Part shown: positions 40,059 through 54,344 of the stretch, in pieces
How the letters are laid out: every line of letters begins with the position of its first letter
Numbering within the stretch: position 1 is the first letter of the stretch
Assembly: GCF_006345805.1 (NCBI RefSeq)
Contig: NC_043003.1
Location: 111,600,001-111,664,000, forward strand
Length of the DNA: 64,000 nt
Source: Octopus sinensis
Lineage: Eukaryota
Direction: 5' to 3'
The notes under the pieces: generated by a model
What the model was told of the DNA's origin: nothing
Database searches by the model: none
The model's input: the letters and a program-made list of their open reading frames with translations, nothing else
Position numbers and translations under genes: made by a program

Positions 40059-40385
40059 AACTTTGCGCTAATTAGTTGTTCAAATTTTCAAAGAATCTAA
40101 TACGTTTTTCCCCAAGAAAAAAAAAATTATAATTCTGAATTTTAAATAACATAATAAAGCAACAGTTACTTTCTTTTAAATTGTTTATCACCAAATTTAG
40201 GTGCAATTTTGAAATAACTTTTATTTAGTCAAAAATAAATGACAGAAACATTTTAAAATTTGCACTAAATAATTTGTAAAATATCTAAGTTCGTGTTAAT
40301 AAATTGGAACATTCTGCTAAGTCGAAAATTTTTTAGATGATGTAATTTGCATAATTAAGGGAAACCTTTTATTTTATCAAGGTGA
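40059..40385. repeat. ~325 bp direct repeat, copy 1
   Basis: Roughly 90% identical by eye to 42916-43239. Confidence 0.9.
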
Positions 40386-40867
40386 AATCAACGACATCTT
40401 ACAGTGTAGCCAAATAATTGCCACAGTTCAGAAGTGATGCTTCGTTTCTTTAAGGAGAGTGTTGTTGAGGTGAAGCTCGTGGGCACAACTCAATACTCTT
40501 TTTTTGATTCCTGGTTGCTCTTCAATCACATCGATTTGTATTTCACAGTGCCCATGTGAACATGCGTTCAAGCGACATATGTACAATATGTATATCTGTT
40601 GTTTCTATGAAATTGTGTATGCATATAGATGTAAATCCTGAGGGTTATCAATTCCAGAAAATATGGTGATGCCCCTTAGAACAAAAATACTCCGAATATT
40701 GATATTATGCGTAAACAGGTATTTGTGAGATAGAGGGCCATATCTGATTTTTGATTCGTTCAAAGTACATGTTAATGAGTGAACAAAGGCGTTAGTGGCA
40801 ATTACTTACGGTATTGATGCTGCAATGAAAATTGTGCTAGTATTGATACCAATTATAAATAATATTT

Positions 40868-41062
40868 ATTTCAAATTTTGGCACACGGCCAGCAATTTCA
40901 GATGAGGAGATAAGTCAATTACATCGACCATAGTACTCAACCCTTAGGTTTTTTAACGACCCTGAAATGTTGGAAAGGGAAGTCGAGTTCAGCGGAATTT
41001 GAACTCAGAACGTCAAAACGTACGAAATGCCGTCATGGTAACAATTCTGCCACCTCTCCCTT
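40868..41062 (-). mobile_element. SINE family B
   Basis: aagtcaattacatcgacc...gcggaatttgaactcagaacg matches 24850-24950. Confidence 0.8.
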
Positions 41063-41488
41063 ATAAATAACATTAGAAGTAATAAAATAAAACGAAAAAG
41101 TTTGTTTCATTAGTTACAAGGGTAATACTGGCGTCATATCAGTGATGATAAAAATGAAGAAAACGATGAAAGGGAATTTAACAAACGAATGCATTTACAA
41201 GTAAAAATAAAAAGAACAGATAAACAAGCAACTTTAGAAATGAATATTTAATAGATGAATTTATGTGGGCGGGGAGAAATACGATAGAAAAGGCATTGGT
41301 GGTGGTGGATGCGGTTGTGTTGGTGACGGTGGTGTTGTATTGGTTGTTCTTGTTGGTGATGGTCGTGGTAGTAATGGTGTAAATCTAGAATGAAACATAG
41401 AAGTTATCAATAATAAATCTATAAAAATAGGATGAATGTAAATATTCGAGTTTATGTTCGAATTCATGGATGTATAAATATGTACGTA

Positions 41489-42520
41489 CAGGGTGTCAAA
41501 AAAGAGGTATACACACTTTATAATCAAAAAAATTGTTTACTTTTCAATTAGTTTTTTAAAAAATTAAATCAATTAGAAATAGTGGATGGAGTCAGATTAA
41601 GATTTGGACAAAGGTAATTTATCTTCAAAATGCTACAGGAAGCTCGAAAATGCAGTCAACGTGCAAAGAATGTTTAGTTAAAAGTTTGAAACAAATCCAC
41701 TATAAATAGAATTAAAGCTAAGTTATAAGCAGATGGAAATGTCCAAACTGTTGACATGGAACCTTCTAGACGAGTCGCACAAAGCAAAAAAGGGAACTAG
41801 AAATTTAAACCCAGAATTCAAAAAATCTGTGCAAGCAAATTATGAGTTAGGAATTTCCAAATCAAGCGTGCATCCTGCTTTGATGCACTCTAATTGAGAA
41901 AATTACATGCCAAGAATAATTAATACTTAAAATGAAGATGATACAGTCCGAGCAGCGGAGTTTTTAGAGCGGTACTTGATAACGTGTGTAGAAGAGACAC
42001 ACTGGCCAAAAATAGCTGTTTAGAGTAATGAGGCACCATAAAAGTCAAGGTTTAATTAATCGCCACTATTGCACTTACTTAGGACACGGGAACCCGAATA
42101 TTTCGGAGGAACATCATTTTAATTCACCGGGAATTACCGTGTGATGTGACTTTTCAAAAGGATTAATTTAGACGACGTTTCTGTAGCAGGCTGCATCTAC
42201 TTCAAATTACTGCGACTATCTTTCCTGTCATACAATGAAGGGGATTTCTGACGTGTGTTGAGTTTTATTTCCAGCGATATGGGATAATCCTGTACTACTA
42301 TAGTAATGCAAGGACCATCTACGCTGAGAGTTTGCTATGCAGGTAGACAGGACGAAGAGATTCGACAGAATGTACACCGCGTTCACCAAACATCGCACCA
42401 CTATATTTTCCATTGCAATACTTAGAAAATAAGATTCAAAGTGCAGAACCGGTAGCAATTGAGGAAAAAACATTGAACAAGAATTTACAAAAATCTCTAA
42501 CCCTCCTTGATTTGCTCATT
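41489..42520 (+). mobile_element. Decayed Tc1/mariner transposon
   Basis: TA followed by a cagggtgtc terminus. Peptides KCYRKLENAVNVQRMF, SNEA, LINRHYCTY...NP, NSPGITVxC and FYFQRYG (compare FQQDGAPPH). Confidence 0.78.
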
Positions 42521-42915
42521 TTCAAGAAGCATATACTCGGAACGAATATATCATATAAGGCATTCAATATGTCCCTTATGCGTTCTGGTTTCAAACGCCA
42601 GCTAGATGACGTTAACAAAGTGATAAAATAGGTATTTGAACCGAAGTCGTCGAATATACTCTATAACTTTGAACTCCAGCTTTGCTGGAAAACGAATGCT
42701 ACAACTAATAAAACGCACGTGCATCAGCAATGTCTGTTTATATGCTGTCACTAAAGCAGCGGTACTCTCTTTTTTAAATTATGAAATCAATATTGAGAAA
42801 TGTTCAGCACATCTCCTTTGAGATTTGTTAACAAGTAAAATGCGTAAAATGTTATTGGATATCTGAATGAAACTCCCGAGAGAAAGTGTGAATCTCAACC
42901 TCTGATGCAGTTCAC

Positions 42916-43239
42916 AACTTTGCGCTAATTACTTCTTCAAATTTTCAAAGAATCTAATACATTTTTCTCCAACAAAAAAATTATAATTCTGAATTTTAAA
43001 TAACATAATAAAGCAACTGTTACTTTCTTTTAAATTGTTTATCACCAAATTTAGGTGCAATTTTGAAATAACTTTTATTTAGTCAAAAATAAGTGAAAGA
43101 AATTTTTTAAAAATTGCACTAAATAATGTGTAAAATATATAAGTTCGTGTTAATAAATTGGAACATTCTGCTACATCGAACATTTTTTAGATGATGTAAT
43201 TTGCATAATTAAGGGAAACATTTTATTTTAGCAAGGTGA
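42916..43239. repeat. ~325 bp direct repeat, copy 2
   Basis: Matches 40059-40385. Confidence 0.9.
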
Positions 43240-45723
43240 CTATGTATGAACATGCATCCATTTACTATCTGCATCTTATTTATTTATTTTTTCTTTTGCA
43301 TTTCTCTCACAAATCATTCGTTTTCTCAAGCTCCTAATGTCAAATTCGTTTATTTTCTCACAGTATGCTCTACTTTTCATTTTCTTTCATTATACAAAAC
43401 ACGAAACCTGATTTAACAGCTTTATTTATTACTATATTTTTTCTGCAGTTTTCGTTTAATACAAATGACGTTTCTGTCTTGTCTTTGATATTCGGAAACC
43501 ATTCTGTTGTTTCCCCACCTCTTGTATAAGTTAGTTTCTCTAATGCATTTAATTCCTATTTTTTAATCATTGTAATATATTAAGGCAGTCCTTTAGTGCT
43601 TTTCATATTCCTGTATGAGACGACGCTAATCTTTCCCTTAGATTGCATTTGGGTATTTTCTATTTTACCATTATTTGTCTGTACTGTTCGCCTTTTAAAC
43701 GAAGCCCTGCACTCACTCTGATTAGAGTTTATATATGCTATCTTTATCAGCTTTAGGTTGGTTCCAAGTAAGTTTGTAGAAGAACTCTCATTCACTACCT
43801 TCCAATTTCTTAGACTGAAACTGTAGTTTACAACTATGGTAGCTAGTGATTTTATACTCATATGTTTTATTACATATGCTTAAATGCGTTATTCAAAATA
43901 TAGAAATATTAATTTTTTATTTCCAACACAGAAGATCAAAGTATTTGTTTCTTTGAAAAATTGAAATAATCACCTCAGAGTTGTGAACTATATGGAATGT
44001 TAAGCTCCATAATTCCTCACATGAGTTTCATTCCTGCATTTCATGATGGTTTATATTTTTTTTGTTTTTTTTAATGAATCTTAACAGAAAATATCCAAAT
44101 ATTTTACAATTGATTACGTAATTTGAAAAAGAAATTCCACTGGTTTACTCACATCTTATAAACTAGCATTAAAATTACTTGTTCCTCATGTAATCTGTTA
44201 TTCTTTTACGGTTTCAGTATTTGGTTTTGTGGTCATGCAAGAGTTCTTACATTATAACATATAATGTTCAATGCTTAATGTCAGCTTGACTTCCTTTCTG
44301 ATTCTTCTCTTTCCTTTCACTACGTTGCAGTGGATGATTCTACTTTATTATTCTCTGCTTTCAACGTGTGACTCTATTTTCCATTATCAGGCTTAATCAA
44401 TTTCCTTTTCATACTAATTTTAAGAAATTGTTTACTCCTATACACATTTTATTTCCCAGGTGAGTTTATGAAAACTTTTCCATGCTGATTATGAAATGTG
44501 ATAAATAGTTTTAATTCAACCTTATTAAAGAGATATATTACCATCTATTTTTAACATGTGGCTGCTTCCGTTCAAGAGGTGTGTTAGTGACGGATAAGTG
44601 AGAAAATAGTAGAAAGGATACGTTTTCGCTCGGAGCGATTACTGATATTAGTTTAAATAATTTTCTTTTGCTTTCTTTTTGTGGGCATTTTCCATATTAG
44701 AAATATATGCTTGGTGTCTAGTGTTAGCAATGTGCTAATTATTTTTATCGAATGTTTAAAATTTCTAAGAGCATCGGGTCATATTATTTTGTTTTTCGTT
44801 CATTAACACCTAAACTAGCTTTCATTTACCCTTGTTTATTCTAATTGTGTTAGCTAGCAGATATTCTTCACTGTCATGAAACCATTTTTAGTACACTTTC
44901 GGCTCCTCTGTTAAACAGTTATTGTGGTTCCAAGTGAGCTGAAAGTGTATTGGAGAATATCGACGTAAGGGATTTGTAGATTTTGGGGAACAATTCTATA
45001 GACTTGTAATATGGATACTCTACTGTGTTTTGCTTTTAAGAATTTAGGATTATCAGAGCCATTACGTTGCCATTTGTGATTTTTACAATCATAAATCCTC
45101 AAAACCCCATAGCTTCTTCATCCATTAATCTAAGCAAACATATATTTCCCAAGCTCACGAACGATCAGATTTATCACTGCGGGCGTATTTGAAAATAATT
45201 CAGATCATATATTATTGTTTCCTGGAAGAAGTAGATTTTATAATCTAATATACATGACGGGTTCGATTCTTAATTTATCTATCCTATATTTTAACTCGTG
45301 TTATTTTTTTGTTTATTCTATGCTGGCAACTTTTCTATTGAGTAATGCTATTTGCTTTACTAAATCACAAACCGTTTTGTTGTGAATATGCATACGTTTG
45401 GAAAACTGCTTAACAGGGTAATAGAAGTCAAAAAGCGTAAATCTGTGCATTGTTCTCTCCTTTGCATATACAACTGGTAATCCATATTGGCCTTTAAGAG
45501 GACAACTCTTTAATATACATCTACAAATCATGTATTATTTCAGTGCCTTTGAAGCATTTTAACGAGTTGTGATAGATGGCTTCTAGGTTTCACGTTGTCA
45601 GCTGTTTTAAATATTGCATAACGCCAAGAGGAAAAGCGATCGGATTTACCGGCAACCACGAAACGGTGTTACTTGTATTATTGACATGGAAAGTGCTATG
45701 CGCGTATACAGAATGAATACTGA

Positions 45724-45932
45724 TTTCAAATTTTGGCACAGGACCAACAGTTTCATATGAGGGAACAAGTCGCTTACATCGACCCCAGTGCTCAACTATC
45801 ACCTATGTTATCAACCTTGAAATGATGAAAGAGTTGATAACATATGTACAAACTGAACTAAGAGCGTAAAGACACAAAATGCCGTTACGCATTTCGTCCG
45901 ATGTGCTAACGATTCTGTCAGCTCGCTGCCTT
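45724..45932 (-). mobile_element. SINE family B
   Basis: atttcaaattttggcaca...tacatcgaccccagtgc...gctaacgattctgtcagctcgc. Confidence 0.8.
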
Positions 45933-46580
45933 ATATGAGTAAAGAGTAAAGAACCCCTTTGCTGATGAATGACCATGGGATTACACCTAGAAAGTCGCTC
46001 TCCGAGGCATAAGTCCGGGTGAGGTTCTTTATGGAAGACCAGCAATATCCCATGCATACGAGCCACCACCTATGTTATCCAGGGGAAAGGGAAAGGCCGA
46101 TACAGCTTAGCACCAGTGACATAGCAGCTCATTTCTACAGCTGAGGGTGCAGAGTAGAAGATACAAGCCCTTGTAGCGCCAAGAACCACCTGAAGACTTG
46201 CTACAGTGGTATATTAGAATCAGACAAAACATATCATTAACACAGACAGGATCCGAAGTCATTCATTTTAGTACAACTCTAGTCTAAACTTTAAAATCCT
46301 TCAAATACCCGAATTGCCTTTACTCCCTGGCCCGATCCTTTGATGATAGAAGAAAAAACAATGAAGAATAGTCCACAGCCGGAGGAAACCACATTAGCAA
46401 GTAGTAGGATAAATATGTCAAAATATGACAAGGAAGAAAAAAGTTTCTAAATTGTTATGGAGAGCACAAATGGGCATAAAAGGAGTATTTGATAAAATAA
46501 ACAGTGAACCACAAAAAGCTATGTTGCATTACAAAAATAGTGATTATAAAGATTAGGATGATGATATACATCCTCATTAA

Positions 46581-46795
46581 TGCGGTGATTTGGCAGAATT
46601 GTTATAAAGCCTGGTAAATGGTTCAGCGGCATTTCGTTTGCCTTTAACTTCTAAGTCCACATTCCACCGAGGTCGACTTTAGCTTTCATGCTTTCATGAT
46701 CGATAAAATAAGTACCTGTTCAACACTGGGGTCGATGTAATCGATTTATACCTTCCCCAAAATTGCAGGCGTTGTGTTAAAATTTGAGTCCAATA
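46581..46795 (+). mobile_element. SINE family B
   Basis: tggcagaattgtta...ccgaggtcgactt...ctggggtcgatgtaatcgat. Inverted relative to 45724-45932. Confidence 0.8.
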
Positions 46796-48409
46796 TTCAT
46801 TGTCCTTTTAAAAGTAAGTCGTAATTTGATACAATTGAATCAACCAGAGTTTGATTCAGGGGGTTGTGTATTTGTGATAAGGAAAGCGACTGGGGTCGAA
46901 ATATAGGAGAGAGACAGGATGTTGATGAATAGAAATAATTCAAGAATATCATAATAAACAAAAATAGTGATATCCTCTGACTAATTACAACTTGGAATGA
47001 GTTAAAATGCACTAGCGGCACATTTGTTTCCAGGACAATGCTGTAGGTGTAAAGGCACACAAATAGAGATGACAAGTGTTCGAACTCATTTCTACTAGAG
47101 ATTTTCAAGTTTTATTTTCTGCTTAAATAAATATCTTACTTTAATAAATGTGTTGCGTTATAATTATTTTTAAATTTATTATGTGTGATTACTTGTAATT
47201 TCATTAACTTGGCCCTGCTTTAAATGCACAGCATCTCTTAAACTTCTCTTCGTTTTTATGTAACTTGTTTTCCACACTCTAGACATATTTTATATCTCCT
47301 GTTCATCACGCAGTGTACTTTGGACAGCTTTGACTGGTTATGTACAATACAGATAAAACAATCACTATCATCATCATCATTATTATCATAATTCATCATT
47401 ATCACCATTACCATAAAAACCATTATCATTATCAGCTTACTGTACTTTCTGCCACTTTTTTTTTCACTGTAATTCACACCAGGTAATGAATCATCTTATA
47501 TCTCCTTTAAGTCTTCCATTAACTAGTAGAACAATTTGAGATGTAATATTTGTTTTTAGATTTTTTCTTTTGTTCTCTGTGTGAATATGAAGACACTGTG
47601 ACTGTGAGGCGTTGCAAATCTCAAGCAATTAATCTATATAAAGACTACAATAAACAAACTGAAAAATAAATAGAGCTTTATAAATTAACGTAACAAAGAA
47701 TCATGTTTCCCAGTTTGAAATAAATATGCTTCAGTTATTAAATTAGAGGTGCAAGGAAATACATTACAGTATTGGAAAGAAAGTCTGTATTGCTGTATTG
47801 AAATTCAATAGGAATTATAACGTGCAGCAAAATGCTTTCAATTAGTGCGCAAGATTATAAAACCCAATATCTGTTTTGGGATTTCTAGCAGCTCCATAAA
47901 ATAAGCAGACGCATATTAGTTAATTTGTATTTGTATGATCTAAAAACGTATGAGTATATGTGTGAGGTGTATAGGAGAAATATGAGTATGTGTATGCCTT
48001 CAGAAATAGTAAAACGTAAGAAATGAGTTAAAACTATGTGATGGAGTATGAAAGGAAACTATATATAAGTTTAGGTGAGGATAACAGTTTCGATCGAAAA
48101 GAAAGACGAAGAAATCGGCGGTGGTAACCAACAATTCCAGTGGAATAGAAGCAGAAACATGATGAAAAAGAATGAACACTGTTACAAAAAGTAACATTTG
48201 TATATATCATTTTTAATAGTGTCCCTGTGATAAGTCCACCATATGGTGTCGGAGTCAATCCTAACTCGAGCGAGTATATATATTCCACTATAGCTTCGGG
48301 TCGACTAGAGTATTGGAGACACATAATGAAAGAAGCCTGTCATATGTGTGATTATATATAGTGAGTCATCACATGGAAAATAATGTTTTTTTAATTGCAT
48401 GAACTAAAA

Positions 48410-48965
48410 TATTGGTGGGAAATAATCTACCTCCATCAATTTGCTATAAACGCATATAGTAACGTCACCGTGTCCTTATTCTTAGTACAAAGTTTGAAGA
48501 GTGCAGTTTGATTTTAACTGTTACATTTTCAATGTTATAATGGATGTGAAATAGGTGCATATTCGGCATATTTTGCTGTATGAATTCAGTAAAGGCAACA
48601 ACGCAGCAGAAAGTGCAAGGGATACCAATGCAGCATATGCAGTACAATATGCGAAAGCCAGTGTCAACAGTGGTTCCAGGAATTCCGAGCCTGAAACTAC
48701 AGCCTAGAATACGAGCTTCGTCCTGGAAGATCTGTAGAGCTTGACGAGGACGTCTTGCAAACCCCGGTGAAACACATTCTCATCGTAACTGTTGAGGAAC
48801 TAGCAGAGGAATTTGGATTTGATATTTCAACTATTCATCGACACCTGCGTGCCATCTGGAAAGTCAGCCAATTGGGGCAATGGGTCCCTCACAATCTTTC
48901 CGTGTCAACTCGCATGCAGAGAATAAATGTGTGCTGTTCTTGCTGCCACGTCTCACAAATGAATC
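48410..48965 (+). mobile_element. Mariner transposon 5' half (Hsmar1/cecropia-like)
   Basis: HIRHILLYEFSKGNNAAESAR, RPGRSVELDED and STIHRHLRAIWKVSQLGQWVPHNL (WVPHEL motif). Confidence 0.9.
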
Positions 48966-49160
48966 TGGATCATAAACAGAGAGCTGGTAACTGCATTAAT
49001 GCATTCGATACCATTTCTGAAAGGCTAAATATCGAAAATTGAAACCAATGCAAGTTGCATCGAAGGGAAAGCTCAAAACAGCAATGAGTAAATTGCGTAA
49101 TGGCAATGCATTTACAGCAATGAAACAGTTCATTTATGATAAAAGATAATCCCTTTAGAC

Positions 49161-50420
49161 CAGTGTTCCCCAGAATTTTCGCAGCAAATTGCAATATCAC
49201 ACATCTATCGGTCAAAAAATGATTCATCGCCCACTTGTGTAAAAAAAAAACCTGACACAACACCACCAACACGAAATCCCCCAGGGCCCCCTGCATCATT
49301 TGACACACACACAATATATCGTAGATTCCTTGCCCTCTTAGTGCCGTTTGGACTAAATATGCTGTTGTTTACAAATGCCTTATTGTGGGTTTAGTGTGGC
49401 CAATAGTGTGAATAAAAGTCTGATGTTAAATCTATGTTATGCAGACACGCGCTTTCTTTTACACTGATTTTCATTTTCCCCAAATTAATGATTGTATTAT
49501 AAAGGAAAATAATAAAACGTTTTTTAATGAGAACCATGTGTCTGGTGCAATCCAGCTAGTGCAGATACATTCGGCTTTAAACTTTAGCAGCAAGTTTCCT
49601 CCTTCTATCACACCCAGTCCAATTCTTTTATGGGAAAATAAATTTCCAACATGGTTAAAACAAGATTCAACAAGGAATGTGATCGGGAAGTCACGTAACA
49701 GTAATTTCAGATGTTTCCACGGATTGGGGTTGGAATTAAGTATACTCTGATGGTGCCACAAACCTTTCCTGCCATTACGGCAATATCGTACTGTGGCGTC
49801 ATTTTCATTTTGTAATTCTATCAATTCCTCCTGAACATCATCCTCGCAATGGTCTGCTTCGACCTCAAACGGATTGTTATACCAAATTGGAATATTCAGT
49901 GCAATAACATCATGAAATCGCTCCACCATGTTATCGTGCAATGATTGTAAATAGCTGCGATATGTAGTTAAATCCTCATCGATTAATTCATCTTTCAAAG
50001 AATCAAGTTGTGAAAATTGATGGAACTGACGTTCTGGAATGTTAGTCTTAAACAACACCATTTTCAAAATGAAAGTAGTGATAAATGATTTACAATCAAC
50101 AAGAATTTTTCTGTTTCTTTGCAATAACTAATTCAAATCATATAGTTTTGTGAATATATCACAAAGAAAAAGATATCACACCTTGGGGCCCTCAATGAAG
50201 CAAATAGTGGAGTGCCTTCAAAGAAAAAGATATTATATAAATGAAACATCTCAATAAAGCGTAAAACACAGCTTCCTTTTGACAGACTCTGCACTTCGGT
50301 ATGGTATAAGAGTTAAGTAGGCTCCTCATCATTTCGCAGACAGAATTGACGGACAATTCGATCAGACTGTTCACAGTCTTGATAACTAACTGTAGAACAC
50401 CATTCAAGCTACAGTTTTCC
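49161..50420 (-). mobile_element. hAT (Charlie/Buster-like) transposon 3' part
   Basis: Terminus CAGTGTTCCCCA preceded by the 8-mer ctttagac with a central TA. ORF 49471-50124 has YLQSLHDNMVERF, WYNNPF, QEELIELQND and FPITFLVESCF (hAT dimerisation region). Confidence 0.88.
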
Positions 50421-50444
50421 ATGTATATATATATAATATATATA

Positions 50445-50487
<43 letters not shown>

Positions 50488-50584
50488 GATAGAAAGAGTG
50501 AGACATAATGGGTAAACCCTAGAAATCAATATATAGAATGAATAACTTCCAATATATGGGGAGATGGATTTTTCTGATTTCTGG

Positions 50585-50653
50585 TAACATTAGAAGGTTT
50601 CGCCAAAACTACTCGATGAGTTGTTACTTACGATTGCCGTCCTACATTTGTTA
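50585..50653 (-). ncRNA. Possible highly degenerate hammerhead remnant
   Basis: Minus strand reads taaca-aa-TGTAGGA...ggc-GAAAC-cttc-TA-a-tgtta, ~100 bp from (TA)n. The core is non-canonical. Confidence 0.25.
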
Positions 50654-52552
50654 TGATATACCTCTAAGAAAAACACGATATAGGAGAAAATTAAGATTCT
50701 ACAACAAAGGCACCGATGGAATAAAGGAATGTACTAAGAACAACAATCATAGCAATAACCGCAGTATACTAGTTAACGGAAAAAGAACAAATAATAGCCA
50801 GCTTAGGTCTAGAGGAAAGATAAGGATAGGAAGTTCGAACAATTGGAAAATAACCACAGAAAACCAGCTAGTATGAGGTTAGGAGTGGTTTTAATGGGTT
50901 AGGCGCACATAAACTATTATGTAACTGTTATGACATGAGTTGCACAAGTAAGGTATAAGAATAGTATTACTCAAATATTTGGATATGGTTATCTAGAATA
51001 GCATTTCGCAGAATTAAAATTTTCCCACACAACGCACTCCTACTACTCCAAACGTAGTTACGATACTAAATGAACACATTAACCTATGCAGACGATTACC
51101 GCCGTCAACTGTGGCACTATGAACTACTCTGTCAACTACTGATAGTTCACAGTTTCTTTATTTTATTGATATGCGTTAGTTCACTTTCAGTCACTTGTGC
51201 TGGTCAAAATCCTTCCAGAACGCTAACTTAAGTAATACCCGAAACATTATTAGGCTTACTTGGATAGGGGAGGGAACCGCTATGAAAACCAGTCCACTAG
51301 AAATACACAAATAAATAAGAATTCTAATGACAAGAGAACCAAATATAAAAACCTGGGAAATAGGTTAAATACTTATACTATGTACTTAACGAAAACTGCA
51401 GACAACCATACCAGAATGTTCTAGTCAAAATATAACAAGTAATATCGAGTGGTATATAATTTCCTTTGGAAAGAAAATTCTTTCCAGCATTCTTAAATTG
51501 TTCTACTAGGCTTTGAAAAATATTTTCCAAAAAGTGGTAAATATTAGCCGGAACCTTGCGCAAATAATAGCACACAACGCGAGTAAGTAAAGATATTTGC
51601 ATGAGAATACTGCCAGTAATAACCTGAATATAAATAGTGAATTAGCAGTAAATAGTAACGATGTAAATATATTTGGGAAAAACAGAGACACGAAAAATAG
51701 CTATAAGGGAATCACTAATCAAAGGAATACAACTGTAAGTAACTCAAACGTGAGACTAAGAAGAGAAGGCAAGAATGTTAGAAAGTGCAAAACCTAGAAT
51801 GTCAACAATGAAAATATCGGAAACATCCTGGAACATAGACGAAGATAGTTAGAGATTACCAGAAATGAAAACAAAATAGAAAATAATCATAGATTTACAA
51901 GGCTAATGACTGTGATTGCGGAATGGAGAGGTAATGTCCCTTAAATTCCGAATGTAAGGTTAAAAATGTGGTTACAGCATATGAATCAAAGTAAATTAAT
52001 TTGGCCACTGAAGGATAGTAACAAAATATATTCAATTCGCTGGGGTATTGCTTAAAGCGTCTTCATGCAGGAAAATATACTTTAAAAATATTCAAATAAA
52101 CGTATTACACTTACTATAGTAAGAAACATTATTAATTATTAGAATAAAACTTTTGAAACCGAAAAGCAAATAATAAATCAAAATTAATTGAATGCCTCTA
52201 AAACTAAGAATTTTCTCCTTGAGTAGTAAAGTTCTTATAGTACTAAAGTATGAGCCGAAAATTTAATCCAGCCTTGACCTGTTTTTAGGATTATATTTCG
52301 CTTCACTTACCACACTTAATGGAAGCGAACACTACGTCGATGCCTCAACAATTATTTATAGTTACACCTATGCCAGCAAAAAAAAACATTTTATTAATTC
52401 AACATGTTAATTCTTTTATTCAACGTGCTCATACCTACAAAGACACCAAGATGAATATCTAACTGTGCAGTCGATGCAGCTGAAACGGGCGTAAGTCCAG
52501 AAAAGAATGCTGTAAATAAATGATTAATGAAATCATAAATGTGAAATGTCTT

Positions 52553-52900
52553 GCAAGAGTGGCTGCGTGGTAAGACGCTTGATTTGCAAACACATGGTTC
52601 CAGGCTCAATCCTATTGCTTGGCAACTTGTGGGTGGATTTGGTAGGGAAAACTGAAAGAAGCCCTTTCGATATATGTATAAAGAAATAGGTGTTTGTATT
52701 TGGGTGTCTATGTTTGTCCCCCTCCCACCATCGCTTGACAACCGATGTTGGTGGTTTAGGTCCCCGTAACCTAGTGGTTCGGAAAAACAAATCGCTAAAA
52801 TAAGTACTAGGTTAGCGACGAATAAGTCCCCAGGTCGATTTGTTCGACTAATGGCAGATCTCCAGCATGGCCGTAGTCAAATGACTGAAACAATTGAAAT
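52553..52900 (+). mobile_element. Older SINE family A copy
   Basis: gagtggctgcgtggtaag...gtggatttggtag...ctccagcatggccgtagtcaaatgactgaaac. Confidence 0.85.
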
Positions 52901-53827
52901 GATAAAAGAATATATGAAATATTTTATAATTATATACATGATTATAGTCAGGAGTCAGCAAAGTGCCTCGCCACATACTAAATTAGAAAGGAAGCTAATG
53001 TCTTTTCAACTACCAAAAGAATCTTCGAGACAGTAACACTCTTTTATATGTACGTAAAAAGAAAAAATTACGAATATACAACAACTTAGGTTCACCTGAT
53101 ATTATCTATCTTTTTGAACAGTAAAGTAGGACTGCAATCATGTGAGACGACTCACCGAATAGGTTTGGTGAAGCGTTCTAATGTTACCACAGATCAGAAA
53201 TATTCATCTCCCCATACAACGCTAGTTATCCATTCTATATATTAATTTCCAAAGTTTACCCCCATTTTTATTGTTATTTTCTTACGATAGAAATGATTTG
53301 AATAATTCTTGTTTGCTCTCCTTGTTCATACATATATATCCGTGTAGGAGTATATGAGTTGTGTGTGCGCATCTTGGTACGCGTGCGCATGTGTATAGCT
53401 GCTCATCGGCTTGTATATCACATCCGAATTATTTTACTTTGAATAAATTACTCATGGGTTTTCAGATATCAAGAGAAATTCGGAAAGCTGCACCATATAT
53501 GCTATAAAATCATAGCAGTATACAGCAGTGAGTATATCGTTTGATCTCCAGCCCTCATAACAAAAGAAATAGTTGTAGATATGCTAGTTTATTTCATTGT
53601 AACAATGTCCAATTTGCTTTTTCTTTGTTCGATCGTATTTAGCTAAGATCTTTTTACCCTGATTTATGTGATATTACGTTCCTTTCGTTGGCTACATTCT
53701 CGCAAAAATAAATATATCGCAGAGGTAAATTCAATCCGTTTTTATACTTTAGAAACCAATGGAAATTCCTCATGAGAATATAATAAAGAGCTAATCATAT
53801 TACAGCAAATGCATTCTGTTATTTTAG

Positions 53828-53881
53828 CAGATCAGTTTCTTATCAAAGGCAACAAAGGCAAAGAGGGAATCTGATTTTCAG
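53828..53881 (+). CDS. Candidate 54-nt internal exon
   Basis: Acceptor ttctgttattttAG (NAGNAG: tagcag) and donor CAG|GTACGT. Two of three frames are open. Confidence 0.25.
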
Positions 53882-54270
53882 GTACGTATATTTATAAGCA
53901 TTCAAGCATTAAATGTTCAATCATTCAGGACAGCAATAGAATAGTTTTCAGTTAGTGTATGAGATAAAGCTTGTCTGTGTGTGCGTTTGCATGTGCTTGT
54001 GTATCTGAGTGCCCGTGTGTATATGCGCTTGCGCGTGTGTGTGTACGGGTATGTATATGTATATATGCACATATATATATATGTGTGTGTGTGTGAATCA
54101 GCGTATGGTATGTAGCATGTATGTAAGTACGTACATGTATATGAATATATATATATATATAAACATATATACACATATATTCATATACATACATCCACTC
54201 TTACGTACATACATAAATACATACATGCATACATGCTTACATAAATACATACCTACATACCTACACCGGC

Positions 54271-54344
<74 letters not shown>

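Larger units (their letters stand above)
40450..42830 (+). mobile_element. Highly decayed pogo-like transposase interrupted by a SINE and a Tc1/mariner
   Basis: LIFDSFKVH...GIDAAM at ~40740-40830 and RQLDDVNKVIK at ~42595-42630 (compare LVLDSF.AH and QPLDV.VNKPFK). Confidence 0.55.

Noticed and set aside
43300-45500. Possible decayed Penelope ORF on the minus strand (IYKL...ECRASFKG near 43690-43740)
   Set aside because: It needs a frameshift and only one weak motif is visible, which is too little without a profile search.
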